Shown here: one piece after another, positions 30,201 to 44,474 of the stretch
Layout: each line of letters starts with the position of its first letter
Numbering within the stretch: position 1 is the stretch's first letter
Source: Centroscyllium fabricii
Taxonomy: Eukaryota
Reading direction: 5' to 3'
Assembly: GCA_051313645.2 (NCBI GenBank)
Contig: JBNRSN020000014.1
Coordinates: forward strand, 151,962,001-152,026,000
DNA: 64,000 nucleotides
Translations under genes and position numbers: made by a program
The notes under the pieces: generated by a model
What the model was told of the DNA's origin: nothing
Databases searched by the model: none
Seen by the model: only the letters and a program-made list of their open reading frames with translations

Positions 30201-33200
30201 AGAGAGAATTGACTGAGGGAGGATTGACTGAGATAGGATTGACTGAGAGAGAACTGACTGAGAGAAGATTGACTGAGGGAGGAATGACTGAGAGAGGATT
30301 GACTGAGAGAGAACTGACTGAGAGAGGATTTACTGAGAGAGGATTGACTGAGGGAGGATTGACTGGGAGAGGATTGACTGAGAGAGGATTGACTGAGGGA
30401 GGACTGACTGAGAGAGGACTGACTGAGAGAGGATTGACTGAGGGAGGATTGACTGACAGAGAACTGACTGAGAGAGGATTGACTGAGGGAGGATTGACTG
30501 AGTGAAGATTGACTGAGAGAGGACTGACTGAGAGAGGATTGACTGAGAGAGGACTGACTGAGGGAGGACTGACTGAGAGAGGATTGACTGAGAAATAACT
30601 GACTGAGAGGATTGACTGAGGGAGAACTGACTGAGGGAGAACTGACTGAGAGAGGATTGACTGACGGAGAACTCACTGAGAGAGAACAGACTGAGAGAGA
30701 ACTGACTGAGAGAGGATTGACTGAGAGGATTGACTGCGAGAGGACTGACTGAGAGAGGACTGACTGAGAGAGGATTGACTGAGAGAGGATCGACTGAGAG
30801 AGGATGGACTGAGGGAGGATTGACTGAGAGAGGATTGACTGAGGGAGGATTGACTGAGAGGGGATTGTCTCAGAGAGCATTGACTGAGGGAGGATTGAAT
30901 GAGAGAGGATTGACTGAGGGAGGATTGACTGAGGGAGAACTGACTGAGGGAGAACTGACTGAGGGAGAACTGACTGAGAGAGAACTGACTGAGAGAGGAT
31001 TGACTGAGAGAGGATTGACTGAGGGAGGATTGACTGAGAGAGGATTGACTGAGAGAGGACTGACTGAGAGAGGATTGACAGAGAGAGGACTGACTGAGAG
31101 AGGATTGACTGAGAGAGGATTGACTGAGAGAGAACTGACTGAGAGAGGATTGACTGAGAGAGGATTGACTGAGAGAGGACTGACTGAGAGAGGACTGATT
31201 GAGGGAGGATTCACTGAGAGACGATTGACTGAGGGAGGATTGACTGAGAGAGGATTGACTGAGGGAGGATTGACTGAGAGAGGATTGACTGAGAGAGGAT
31301 TGACTGAGAGAGAACTGACTGAGAGAGGATTGACTGAGAGAGGATTGACTGAGAGAGGATTGACTGAGAGAGGACTGACTGAGAGAGGACTGACTGAGAG
31401 AGAACTGACTGAGAGAGAACTGACTGAGGGAGGATTGACTGAGGGAGGATTGACTGAGGAATAACTGACTGAGAGAAGATTGACTGAGGGAGAACTGACT
31501 GAGGGAGAACTGACTGAGAGAGGATTGACTGAGGGAGAACTGACTGAGAGAGAACTGACTGAGAGAGAACTGACTGAGCGAGGATTGACTGAGAGAGGAT
31601 TGACTGAGAGAGGATTGACTGCGAGAGGACTGACTGAGAGAGGACTTACTGAGAGAGAACTGACTGAGGGAGGATTGACTGAGGGAGGATTCACTGAGAG
31701 AGGATTGACTGAGAGACGACTGACTGAGAGAGGATTGACTGAGAGAGGATTGACTGAGGGAGGATTGACTGAGAGAGGATTGACTGAGGGAGGATTGAAT
31801 GAGAGAGTATTGACTGATGGAGGATTGACTGAGAGAGAACTGACTCAGAGAGGATTGACCGAGGGAGGATTGACTGAGAGAGGATTGACTGAGAGAGAAC
31901 TGACTGAGAGAGGATTGACTGAGAGAGGAATGACTGAGAGAGGATTGACTGAGAGAGAACTGACTGAGAGAGGATTGACTGAGAGAGGATTGACTGAGAG
32001 AGGATTGACTGAGAGAGGATTGACTGAGAGAGGATTGACTGAGAGAGAACTGACTGAGGGAGGAATGATTGAGAGAGGATTGACTAAGAGAGAACTGACT
32101 GAGAGAGGACTGAGAGAGGACTGACTGAGAGAGGATTGACTGAGCGAGGATTGACTGAGAGAGGATTGACTGAGAGAGGATTGACTGAGGGAGGATTGAC
32201 TGAGAGAGGATTGACTGAGAGAGGATTGACTGAGCGAGGATTGACTGAGAGAGGATTGACTGAGAGAGAACTGACTGAGAGAAGATTGACTGAGGGTGGA
32301 TTGACTGAGAGAGGATTGACTGAGGGAGGACTGACTGAGAGAGGACTGACTGAGAGAGGATTGATTGAGGGAGGATTGACTGAGGGAGGATTGACTGGGA
32401 GAGGATTGACTGAGAGAGGATTGACTGAGGGAGGACTGACTGAGAGAGGACTGACTGAGAGAGGATTGACTGAGGGAGGATTGACTGAGAGAGAACTGAC
32501 TGAGAGAGGATTGACTGAGGGAGGATTGACTGAGGGAGGATTGACTGAGAGAGGACTGACTGAGAGAGGATTGACTGAGAGAGGACTGACTGAGGGAGGA
32601 CTGACTGAGAGAGGATTGACTGAGAAATAACTGACTGAGAGGATTGACTGAGGGAGAACTGACTGAGGGAGAACTGACTGAGAGAGGATTGACTGACGGA
32701 GAACTCACTGAGAGAGAACAGACTGAGAGAGAACTGACTGAGAGAGGATTGACTGAGAGGATTGACTGCGAGAGGACTGACTGAGAGAGGACTGACTGAG
32801 AGAGGATTGACTGAGAGAGGATTGACTGAGAGAGGATGGACTGAGGGAGCATTGACTGAGAGAGGATTGACTGAGGGAGGATTGACTGAGAGGGGATTGT
32901 CTCAGAGAGCATTGACTGAGGGAGGATTGAATGAGAGAGGATTGACTGAGGGAGGATTGACTGAGGGAGAACTGACTGAGGGAGAACTGACTGAGGGAGA
33001 ACTGACTGAGAGAGTATTGACTGAGAGAGGACTGACTGAGAGAGGACTGACAGAGAGAGGACTGACTGAGAGAGGATTGACTGAGAGAGGATTGACTGAG
33101 AGAGAACTGACTGAGAGAGGATTGACTGAGAGAGGATTGACTGAGAGAGGACTGACTGAGAGAGGACTGATTGAGGGAGGATTCACTGAGAGATGATTGA

Positions 33201-36200
33201 CTGAGGGAGGATTGACTGAGAGAGGATTGACTGAGGGAGGATTGACTGAGAGAGGATTAACTGAGAGAGGATTGACTGAGAGAGAACGGACTGAGAGAGG
33301 ATTGACTGAGAGAGGATTGACTGAGAGAGGATTGACTGATAGAGGACTGACTGAGAGAGGACTGACTGAGAGAGAACTGACTGAGAGAGAACTGACTGAG
33401 GGAGGATTGACTGAGGGAGGAATGACTGAGGAATAACTGACTGAGAGAAGATTGACTGAGGGAGAACTGACTGAGGGAGAACTGACTGAGAGAGGATTGA
33501 CTGAGGGAGAACTGACTGAGAGAGAACTGACTGAGAGAGAACTGACTGAGAGAGAACTGACTGAGAGAGGATTGACACAGAGAGGATTGACTGAGAGAGG
33601 ATTGACTGCGAGAGGACTGACTGAGAGAGAACTGACTGAGAGAGAACTGACTGAGGGAGGATTGACTGAGGGAGGATTGACTGAGAGAGGATTGACTGAG
33701 AGAGGATTGACTGAGAGACGACTGACTGAGAGAGGACTGACTGAGAGAGGATTGACTGAGAGAGGATTGACTGAGATAGGATTGACTGAGGGAGGATTGA
33801 CTGAGAGAGGATTGACTGAGGGAGGATTGAATGAGAGAGGATTGACTGATGGAGGATTGACTGAGAGAGAACTGACTCAGAGAGGATTGACCGAGGGAGG
33901 ATTGACTGAGAGAGGATTGACTGAGAGAGGAATGACTGAGAGAGGAATGACTGAGAGAGGAGTGACTGAGAGAGAACTGACTGAGAGAGGATTGACTGAG
34001 AGAGGATTGACTGAGAGAGGATTGACTGAGGGAGGATTGACTGAGAGAGAACTGACTGAGAGTGTATTTACTGAGGGAGGATTGACTGAGAGAGGATTCA
34101 CTGAGGGAGGATTGACTGAGAGAGGATTGACTGAGAGAGAACTGACTGAGAGTGGATTGACTGAGGGAGAACTGACTGAGAGAGAACTGACTGAGAGAGG
34201 ATTGACTGAGAGAGGATTGACTGAGAGAGGATTGACTGAGGGATGATTGAATGAGAGAGGATTGACTGAGGGAGGATTGACTGAGAGAGGACTGACTGAG
34301 GGAGGTTTGACTGAGAGAGAACTGACTGAGAGAGGATTGACTGATGGAGGATTGACTGAGAGAGGATTGACTCAGATAGGATTGATTGAGGGAGGATTGA
34401 ATGAGAGAGGATTGACTGAGAGAGGATTGACTGAGTGAGGATTGACTGAGTGAGGATTGACTCAGAGCATTGACTGTGGGAGGACTGACTGAGAGAGGAC
34501 TGATTGAGAGAGGACTGATTTAGAGAGGACTGACTGACAGAGAACTGACTGAGGGAGGAATGACAGAGAGGATTGACTAAGAGAGAACTGATGGAGAGAG
34601 GACTGAGAGAGGACTGACTGAGAGAGGATTGACTGAGCGAGGATTGACTGAGAGAGGATTGACTGAGAGAGGATTGACTGAGTGAGGATTGACTGAGAGA
34701 GGATTGACTGAGGGAGGATTGACTGAGAGATGATTGACTGAGAGAGAACTGACTGAGAGAAGATTGACTGAGGGAGGATTGACTGAGAGAGGATTGACTG
34801 AGGGAGGACTGACTGAGGGAGAACTGACCTAGAGAGGATTGACTGAGAGAGGATTGACTGAGAGAGGATTGACTGAGAGAGGATTGACAGAGAGGACTGA
34901 CTGAGAGAGGACTGACTGAGAGAGGACTGACTGAGAGAGGATTGACTGAGAGAGGATTGACTGAGAGAAGATTGACTGAGGGAGGATTGACTGAGAGAGG
35001 ATTGATTGAGGGAGGATTGAATGAGAGAGGATTGACTGAGGGAGGATTGACTGAGAGAGAACTGACTCAGAGAGAATTGACTGAGGGAGGATTGACTGAG
35101 GGAGGATTGACTGAGAGAGAACTGACTGAGAGAGGATTGACTGAGGGAGGAATGACTGAGAGAGGATTGACTGAGAGAGGATTTACTGAGGGAGGATTGA
35201 CTGAGTGAGGATTGACTGAGAGAGGACTGACTGAGAGAGGATTGACTGTGGGAGGATTGACTGAGAGAGGTTTGACTGAGAGAGGATTGACTGAGAGAGG
35301 ATTGACTGAGAGAGGATTGACTGAGGGAGGATTGACTGAGTGAGGATTGACTGAGAGAGAACTGACTGAGAGAGGATTGACTGTGGGAGGATTGACTGAG
35401 AGAGGTTTGACTGAGAGAGGATTGACTGAGAGAGGATTGACTGAGAGAGGATTGACTGAGAGAGGATTGACTGAGTGAGGACTGACTGAGAGAGGACTGA
35501 CTGAGACAGGATTGACTGAGGGAGGATTGACTGAGAGAGAACTGACTGAGAGAGGATTGACTGTGGGAGGATTGACTGAGAGAGGTTTGACTGAGAGAGG
35601 ACTGACTGAGAGAGGATTGACTGAGAGAGAACTGACTGAGGGAGGACTGACTGAGAGAGGATTGAATGAGAAATAACTGACTGAGAGGATTGACTGAGGG
35701 AGAACTGACTGAGTGAGAACTGACTGAGAGAGGATTGACTGAGGGAGAAATCACTGAGAGAGAACAGACAGAGAGAGAACTGACTGAGAGAGGATTGACT
35801 GAGAGAGGATTGACTGCGAGAGGACTGACTGAGAGAGAACTGACTGAGAGAGAACTGACTGGGGGAGGATTGACTGAGGGAGGATTGACTGAGGGAGGAT
35901 TGACTGAGGGAGGATTGACTGAGAGAGGACTGACTGAGAGAGGACTGACTGACAGAGGATTGACTGAGAGATGATTGACTGAGGGAGGATTGACTGAGAG
36001 AGTATTGATTGAGGGAGGATTGACTGTGAGAGAACTGACTCAGAGAGAATTGGCTGAGGGAGGATTGACTGAGGGAGGATTGACAGAGAAAGGATTGACT
36101 GAGAGAGAACTGACTGAGAGAGGATTGACTGAGAGAGAACTGACTGAGAGAGGATTGACTGAGAGAGGTTTGACTGAGAGAGGTTTGACTGAGAGAGGAT

Positions 36201-39200
36201 TGACTGAGGGAGGATTGAATGAGGGAGGATTGACTGAGGGAGGATTGAATGAGAGAGGATTGACTGAGGGAGGATTGACTGAGAGAGAACTGACTCAGAG
36301 AGAATTGACTGAGGGAGGATTGACAGAGAGAGGATTCACTGAGAGAGAACTGACTGAGAGAGGATTGACTGAGGGAGGATTGATGGAGAGAGGATTTACT
36401 GAGGGAGGATTGACTGAGAGAGGATTGACTGAGGGAGGATTGACTGAGAGAGAACTGACTCAGAGAGAATTGACTGAGGGAGGATTGACAGAGAGAGGAT
36501 TCACTGAGAGAGAACTGACTGAGAGAGGATTGACTGAGGGAGGTTTGACTGAGAGAGGATTGACTGAGGCAGGATTGATGGAGAGAGGATTTACTGAGGG
36601 AGGATTGACTGAGAGAGGATTGACTGAGAGAGGATTGACTGAGGGAGGATTGACTGAGAGCGGATTGACTGAGGGAGAACTGACTGAGAGAGGATTGACT
36701 GAGGGAGAATTGACTGAGAGAGAACAGACTGAGAGAGAACTGACTGAGAGAGGATTGACTGAGAGAGAACTGACTGAGAGAGGATTGACTGAGGGAGGAT
36801 TGACTGAGAGAGGATTGACTCAGAGAGGATTGACTGAGGGAGGATTGAATGAGAGAGGATTGACTGAGGGAGAACTGACTGAGAGATGATTGACTGAGAG
36901 AGGACTGACTGAGAGAGGACTGACTGAGAGATGATTGACTGAGGGAGGATTGACTGAGAGAATATTGACAGAGAGGATTTACTAGGAGTGAACTGACTGA
37001 GAGAGGACTGACTGAGGGAGGATTGACTGAGAGGATTGACTGAGAGAGAACTGACTGAGAGGAGATTGACTGAAGCAGGACTGACTGAGAAGAACTGACT
37101 GAGAGAGGACTGACTGAGAGAGGATTGTCTGAGGGAGGATTGACTGAGAGAGGATTGACTGAGAGAGGACAGACTGAGGGAGGACTGACTGAGAGAGGAT
37201 TGACTAAGAGAGAACTGACAGAGAGGATTGACTGAGGGAGGATTGACTGAGAGAGGATTGACTGAGGGAGGATTGACTGAGAGAGGATTGACTGAGAGAG
37301 GATTGACTGAGAGAGGATTGACTGAGAGAGAACTGACTGAGAGAAGATTGATTGAGGGAGGATTGACTGAGAGAGAACTGACTGAGAGAGGACTGACTGA
37401 GACAGGATTGACTGTGGGAGGATTGACTGAGAGAGGTTTGACTGAGAGAGGACTGACTGAGAGAGGATTGACTGAGAGAGAACTGACTAAGAGAGGATTG
37501 ACTGAGAGAGGATTGACTGAGAGAGGATTGACTGATAGAGGACTGACTGAGGGAGGACTGACTGAGAGAGGATTGAATGAGAAATAACTGACTGAGAGGA
37601 TTGACTGTGGGAGAACTGACTGAGGGAGAACTGACTGAGAGAGGATTGACTGAGGGAGAACTCACTGAGAGAGAACAGACAGAGAGAGAACTGACTGAGA
37701 GAGGATTGACTGAGAGAGGATTGACTGCGAGAGGACTGACTGAGAGAGAACTGACTGAGAGAGAACTGACTGGGGGAGGATTGACTGAGGGAGGATTGAC
37801 AGAGAGAGGACTGACTGAGAGAGGACTGACTGAGAGAGGATTGACTGAGAGAGGATTGACTGAGGGAGGATTGAATGAGAGAGGATTGACTGAGGGAGGA
37901 TTGACTGTGAGAGAACTGACTCAGAGAGAATTGACTGAGGGAGGATTGACTGAGGGAGGATTGACTGAGAGAGAACTGACTGAGAGAGGATTGACTGAGA
38001 GAGGTTTGACTGAGAGAGGATTGACTGAGGGAGGATTGACTGAGGGAGGATTGACTGAGGGAGGATTGAATGAGAGAGGATTGACTGAGGGTGGATTGAC
38101 TGAGGGAGGATTGACTGAGGGAGGATTGAATGAGAGAGCATTGACTGAGGGAGGATTGACTGAGAGAGAACTGACTCAGAGAGAATTGACTGAGGGAGCA
38201 TTGACAGAGAGAGGATTCACTGAGAGAGAACTGACTGAGAGAGGATTGACTGAGGGAGTATTGATGGAGAGAGGATTTACTGAGGGAGGATTGACTGAGA
38301 GAGGATTGACTGAGAGAGGATTGACTGAGGGACGATTGACTGAGAGAGGATTGACTGAGAGAGGATTGACTGAGGGAGAATTGACTGAGAGAGGATTGAC
38401 TGAGAGAGAACTGACTGAGAGAGGATTGACTGAGGGAGGATTGACTGAGAGAGGATTGACTCAGAGAGGATTGACTGAGGGAGGATTGAATGAGAGAGGA
38501 TTGACTGAGGGAGAACTGACTGAGAGATGATTGACTGAGAGAGGACTGACTGAGAGAGGACTGACTGAGAGATGATTGACTGAGGGAGGATTGACTGAGA
38601 GAATATTGACTGAGAGAGGATTTACTAGGAGTGAACTGACTGAGAGAGGACTGACTGAGGGAGGATTGACTGAGAGAGAACTGACTGAGGGAGGACTGAC
38701 TGAGAGAGGATTGACTGAGAGAGAACTGACTGAGAGGAGATTGACTGATTCAGGACTGACTGAGAGGAACTGACTGAGAGAGGACTGACTGAGAGAGGAT
38801 TTTCTGAGGGAGGATTGACTGAGAGAGGATTGACTGAGAGAGAACTGACTGAGAGAGGATTGACTGAGGGAGGATTGATTGAGAGAGGATTGACTGAGGG
38901 AGGATTGAATGAGAGAGAACTGACTGAGAGAGGATTGACTGAGAGAGGATTGACTGAGAGAGGATTGAATGAGAGAGGATTGACTGAGGGAGGATTGACT
39001 GAGAGAAGATTGACGCAGAGAGAACTGACTGAGAGAGGATTGACTGAGAGAGAACTGACTGAGAGAGGATTGACTGAGGGAGGACTGACTGAGAGAGAAC
39101 TGACTGAGAGAGTACTGACTGAGAGATGATTGACTGAGGGAGGATTCACTGAGAGAGGGTTCACTGAGAGAGAACTGACTGAGAGAGAACTGACTGAGAG

Positions 39201-42200
39201 AGGATTGACTGAGGGAGGATTGACTGAGAGAGAACTGACTGAGAGATGATTGACTGAGAGAGGATTGACTGAGAGAGGATTGACTGAGAGAGAACTGACT
39301 GAGAGAGGATTGACTGAGGGAGGATTGACTGAGAGAGGATTGACTGAGAGAGGACTGACTGAGAGAGGATTGACTGTGGGAGGATTGACTGAGAGAGGAC
39401 TGACTGAGAGAGGATTGACTGAGAGAGGATTGACTGAGAGAGAACTGACTGAGAGAGAACTGACTGAGAGAGAACTGACTGAGTGAGGATTGACTGAGGG
39501 AGGACTGACTGAGACAGGATTGACTGAGGGAGGATTGACTGAGAGAGAACTGACTGAGAGAGGATTGACGGAGAGAGGATTGACTGATAGAGGACTGACT
39601 GAGGGAGGACTGACTGAGAAAGGATTGAATGAGAAATAACTGACTCAGAGGATTGACTGAGGGAGAACTGACTGAGGGAGAACTGACTGAGAGAGGATTG
39701 ACTGAGGGAGAACTCACTGAGAGAGAACAGACAGAGAGAGAACTGACTGAGAGAGGATTGACTGAGAGAGGATTGACTGCGAGAGGACTGACTGAGAGAG
39801 AACTGACTGGGGGAGGATTGACTGAGGGAGTATTGACTGCGGGAGGATTGACTGAGAGAGGATTGACTGAGGGAGGATTGAATGAGAGAGGATTGACTGA
39901 GGGAGGATTGACTGAGAGAGAACTGTCTGAGAGAGGATTGACTGAGGGAGGAATGACTGAGAGAGAATTGACTGAGAGAGGATTTACTGAGAGAGGATTT
40001 ACTGAGGGAGGATTGACTGAGTGAGGATTGACTGAGAGAGGACTGACTGAGAGAGGACTGACTGAGAGAGGACTGACTGAGAGAGGATTTACTGAGGGAG
40101 GATTGACTGAGTGAGGATTGACTGAGAGAGGACTGACTGACAGAGGACTGACTGAGAGAGGATTGACTGAGGGAGGATTGACTGAGTGAGGATTGACTGA
40201 GAGAGGACTGACTGAGACAGGATTGACTGAGGGAGGATTGACCGAGAGAGAACTGACTGAGAGAGGATTGACTGTGGGAGGATTGACTGAGAGAGGTTTG
40301 ACTGAGAGAGGACTGACTGAGAGAGGATTGACTGAGAGAGAACTGACTGAGAGAGGATTGACTGAGAGAGGATTGACTGAGAGAGGATTGACTGATAGAG
40401 GACTGACTGAGGGAGGACTGACTGAGAGAGGATTGAATGAGAAATAACTGACTGAGAGGATTGACTGAGGGAGAACTGACTGAGGGAGAACTGACTGAGA
40501 GAGGATTGACTGAGGGAGAACTCACTGAGAGAGAACAGACAGAGAGAGAACTGACTGAGAGAGGATTGACTGAGAGAGGATTGACTGCGAGAGGACTGAC
40601 TGAGAGAGAACTGACTGAGAGAGAACTGACTGGTGGAGGATTGACTGAGGGAGGATTGACTGAGGGAGGATTGACTGAGGGAGGATTGACTGAGAGAGGA
40701 CTGACTGAGAGAGGACTGACTGAGAAAGGATTGACTGAGAGAGGATTGACTGAGGGAGGATTGACTGAGAGAGTATTGACTGAGGGAGGATTGACTGTGA
40801 GAGAACTGACTCAGAGAGAATTGACTGAGGGAGGATTGACTGAGGGAGGATTGACAGAGAAAGGATTGACTGAGAGAGAACTGACTGAGAGAGGATTGAC
40901 TGAGAGAGAACTGACTGAGAGAGGATTGACTGAGAGAGGTTTGACTGAGAGAGGATTGACTGAGAGAGGATTGACTGAGGGAGGATTGAATGAGGGAGGA
41001 TTGACTGAGGGAGGATTGAATGAGAGAGGATTGACTGAGGGAGGATTGACTGAGAGAGAACTGACTCAGAGAGAATTGACTGAGGGAGGATTGACAGAGA
41101 GAGGATTCACTGAGAGAGAACTGACTGAGAGAGGATTGGCTGAGGGAGGATTGATGGAGAGAGGATTTACTGAGGGAGGATTGACTGAGAGAGGATTGAC
41201 TGAGGGAGGATTGACTGAGAGAGAACTGACTCAGAGAGAATTGACTGAGGGAGGATTGACAGAGAGAGGATTCACTGAGAGAGAACTGACTGAGAGAGGA
41301 TTGACTGAGGGAGGTTTGACTGAGAGAGGATTGACTGAGGGAGGATTGACGGAGAGAGGATTTACTGAGGGAGGATTGACTGAGAGAGGATTGACTGAGA
41401 GAGGATTGACTGAGGGAGGATTGACTGAGAGAGGATTGACTGAGGGAGAACTGACTGAGAGAGGATTGACTGAGGGAGAATTGACTGAGAGAGAACAGAC
41501 TGAGAGAGAACTGACTGAGAGAGGATTGACTGAGAGAGAACTGACTGAGAGAGGATTGACTGAGGGAGGATTGACTGAGAGAGGATTGACTCAGAGAGGA
41601 TTGACTGAGGGAGGATTGAATGAGAGAGGATTGACTGAGGGAGAACTGACTGAGAGATGATTGACTGAGAGAGGACTGACTGAGAGAGGACTGACTGAGA
41701 GATGATTGACTGAGGGAGGATTGACTGAGAGAATATTGACTGAGAGAGGATTTACTAGGAGTGAACTGACTGAGAGAGGACTGACTGAGGGAGGATTGAC
41801 TGAGAGGATTGACTGAGAGAGAACTGACTGAGAGGAGATTGACTGAAGCAGGACTGACTGAGAAGAACTGACTGAGAGAGGACTGACTGAGAGAGGATTG
41901 TCTGAGGGAGGATTGACTGAGAGAGGATTGACTGAGAGAGGACTGACTGAGGGAGGACTGACTGAGAGAGGATTGACTAAGAGAGAACTGACAGAGAGGA
42001 TTGACTGAGGGAGGATTGACTGAGAGAGGATTGACTGAGGGAGGATTGACTGAGAGAGGATTGACTGAGAGAGGATTGACTGAGAGAGGATTGACTGAGT
42101 GAGAACTGACTGAGAGAAGATTGATTGAGGGAGGATTGACTGAGAGAGAACTGACTGAGAGAGGACTGACTGAGACAGGATTGACTGTGGGAGGATTGAC

Positions 42201-43748
42201 TGAGAGAGATTTGACTGAGAGAGGACTGACTGAGAGATGATTGACTGAGAGAGAACTGACTGAGAGGGGATTGACTGAGAGAGGATTGACTGAGAGAGGA
42301 TTGACTGATAGAGGACTGTCTGAGGGAGGACTGACTGAGAGAGGATTGAATGAGAAATAACTGACTGAGAGGATTGACTGTGGGAGAACTGACTGAGGGA
42401 GAACTGACTGAGAGAGGATTGACTGAGGGAGAACTCACTGAGAGAGAACAGACAGCGAGAGAACTGACTGAGAGAGGATTGACTGAGAGAGGATTGACTG
42501 CGAGAGGACTGACTGAGAGAGAACTGACTGAGAGAGAACTGACTGGGGGAGGATTGACTGAGGGAGGATTGACTGAGAGAGGACTGACTGAGAGAGGACT
42601 GACTGAGAGAGGATTGACTGAGAGAGGGTTGACTGAGGGAGGATTGAATGAGAGAGGATTGACTGAGGGAGGATTGACTGTGAGAGAACTGACTCAGAGA
42701 GAATAGACTGAGGGAGGATTGACTGAGGGAGGATTGACTGAGAGAGAACTGACTGAGAGAGGATTGACTGAGAGAGGTTTGACTGAGAGAGGATTGACTG
42801 AGGGAGGATTGACTGAGGGAGGATTGACTGAGGGAGGATTGAATGAGAGAGGATTGACTGAGGGAGGATTGACTGAGGGAGGATTGACTGAGGGAGGATT
42901 GAATGAGAGAGGATTGACTGAGGGAGGATTGACTGAGAGAGAACTGACTCAGAGAGAATTGACTGAGGGAGGATTGACAGAGAGAGGATTCACTGAGAGA
43001 GAACTGACTGAGAGAGGATTGACTGAGGGAGTATTGATGGAGAGAGGATTTACTGAGGGAGGATTGACTGAGAGAGGATTGACTGAGAGAGGATTGACTG
43101 AGGGAGGATTGACTGAGAGAGGATTGACTGAGAGAGGATTGACTGAGGGAGAATTGACTGAGAGAGGATTGACTGAGAGAGAACTGACTGAGAGAGGATT
43201 GACTGAGGGAGGATTGACTGAGAGAGGATTGACTCAGAGAGGATTGACTGAGGGAGGATTGAATGAGAGAGGTTTGACTGAGGGAGAACTGACTGAGAGA
43301 TGATTGACTGAGAGAGGACTGACTGAGAGAGGACTGACTGAGAGATGATTGCCTGAGGGAGGATTGACTGAGAGAATATTGACTGAGAGAGGATTTACTA
43401 GGAGTGAACTGACTGAGAGAGGACTGACTGAGGGAGGATTGACTGAGAGAGAACTGACTGAGGGAGGACTGACTGAGAGAGGATTGACTGAGAGAGAACT
43501 GACTGAGAGGAGATTGACTGAAGCAGGACTGACTGAGAAGAACTGACTGAGAGAGGACTGACTGAGAGAGGATTTTCTGAGGGAGGATTGACTGAGAGAG
43601 GATTGACTGAGAGAGAACTGACTGAGAGAGGATTGACTGAGGGAGGATTGATTGAGAGAGGATTGACTGAGGGAGGATTGAATGAGAGAGAACTGACTGA
43701 GAGAGGATTGACTGAGAGAGGATTGACTGAGAGAGGATTGAATGAGAG

Positions 43749-44458
43749 TGTCATGGGGTGGACTGTCCCTTTTAGTTTATAGAGGTTTCTTTAGGGTTTT
43801 GGGACTGTCCCTTTAAGTTCATAGGGGTTCTTTTCAGCTTATTGAGTCGTTACTCCAATTATCATGTCCTTCTCTGGATTGGTTAGCCCCTATTATACAA
43901 TTAGCTGGAGAGGGTTATTAGCCTCCAGTCTTCACCTGTTCATTGCCAGTTCGTTTTGGTTTCTGGTGCTGTGAGAGTAGAGTGTTCTATTGTTTTCTTC
44001 ATCCTGTTATTTTGTTATATATTACTGTTAAGTTTCTATTCGAGTTTGCTTTTGGACTACCTGTTTCGGTCAAGTTGGATTACTTGCTGTGTTCACAACA
44101 GGAGCCATCTTCCCTGGACTGTTGGGACTGGAAGTACTTCTGCACCAGATTTTGGGCCTTGCTTTTCAACTACCAACACTTAGGGTTTGGATTGTTGAGC
44201 TCCTGCTTACCGGCTCTCGGGACATTGGACTACCAACACTTAGGGTTTGGATTGTTGAGCTCCTGCTTACCGGTTCTCGGGACATTGGACTATTGCTTTC
44301 TTTGTGATTGACTATATTCATTCATTGTTTATTACACTGTGGTTATCATATCGTTATATATATATATATATAGATTTTGTCCTGGGAATAAAGGTATTTT
44401 GTGTCTGTTTACGGACTTCCGGTGTTTCTGCGTTTGGGTCCTAAACCGATCCCTTACA
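43749..44458 (+). repeat. E2 5' LTR (710 bp)
   Basis: Direct repeat of 46337-47046 with no difference found by eye (same (TA)9, identical ORF-track translations). TTATTA at 43915-43920 and AATAAA at 44387-44392. Confidence 0.97.
44169..44292 (+). repeat. 60-bp tandem duplication inside the E2 LTR (also at 46757-46880)
   Basis: ACTACCAACACTTAGGGTTTGG...GGGACATTGG occurs twice with one mismatch (cggCt vs cggTt), in both LTRs. Confidence 0.92.
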
Positions 44459-44459
44459 G

Positions 44460-44470
44460 AACGAACTGGC
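44460..44470 (+). promoter_or_regulatory. E2 self-priming primer-binding site (AACGAACTGGC), overlapping a perfect Kozak GCCACCATGG
   Basis: Exact reverse complement of GCCAGTTCGTT at 43945-43955 in the same LTR. There is no TGG tRNA-type PBS directly after the LTR. Confidence 0.85.
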
Positions 44471-44474
44471 CACC

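Larger units (their letters stand above)
1068..43748 (+). repeat. 15-bp satellite array, block 1 (~42.7 kb, ~2,850 monomers; consensus TTGACTGAGAGAGGA)
   Basis: Uninterrupted head-to-tail monomers. Common variants are TTGACTGAGGGAGGA, CTGACTGAGAGAGAA, CTGACTGAGAGAGGA and CTGACTGAGGGAGAA, with occasional shortened (11-14 bp) units. I saw no strand inversion. Confidence 0.99.

Noticed and set aside
1068-43748. CRISPR-like or information-storing repeat-spacer array
   Set aside because: There are no unique spacers and no cas genes. The variation is point variants of one monomer copied in blocks, and the context is eukaryotic.
43943-44311. Short hydrophobic ORFs inside the LTRs (also 590-941, 46531-46899, 52173-52482, 54447-54770) as env-like or accessory genes
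   Set aside because: They come from T-rich LTR sequence, several lack an ATG start, and reading frames are not preserved between E1, E2 and E3. Their duplication simply reflects the paired LTRs.
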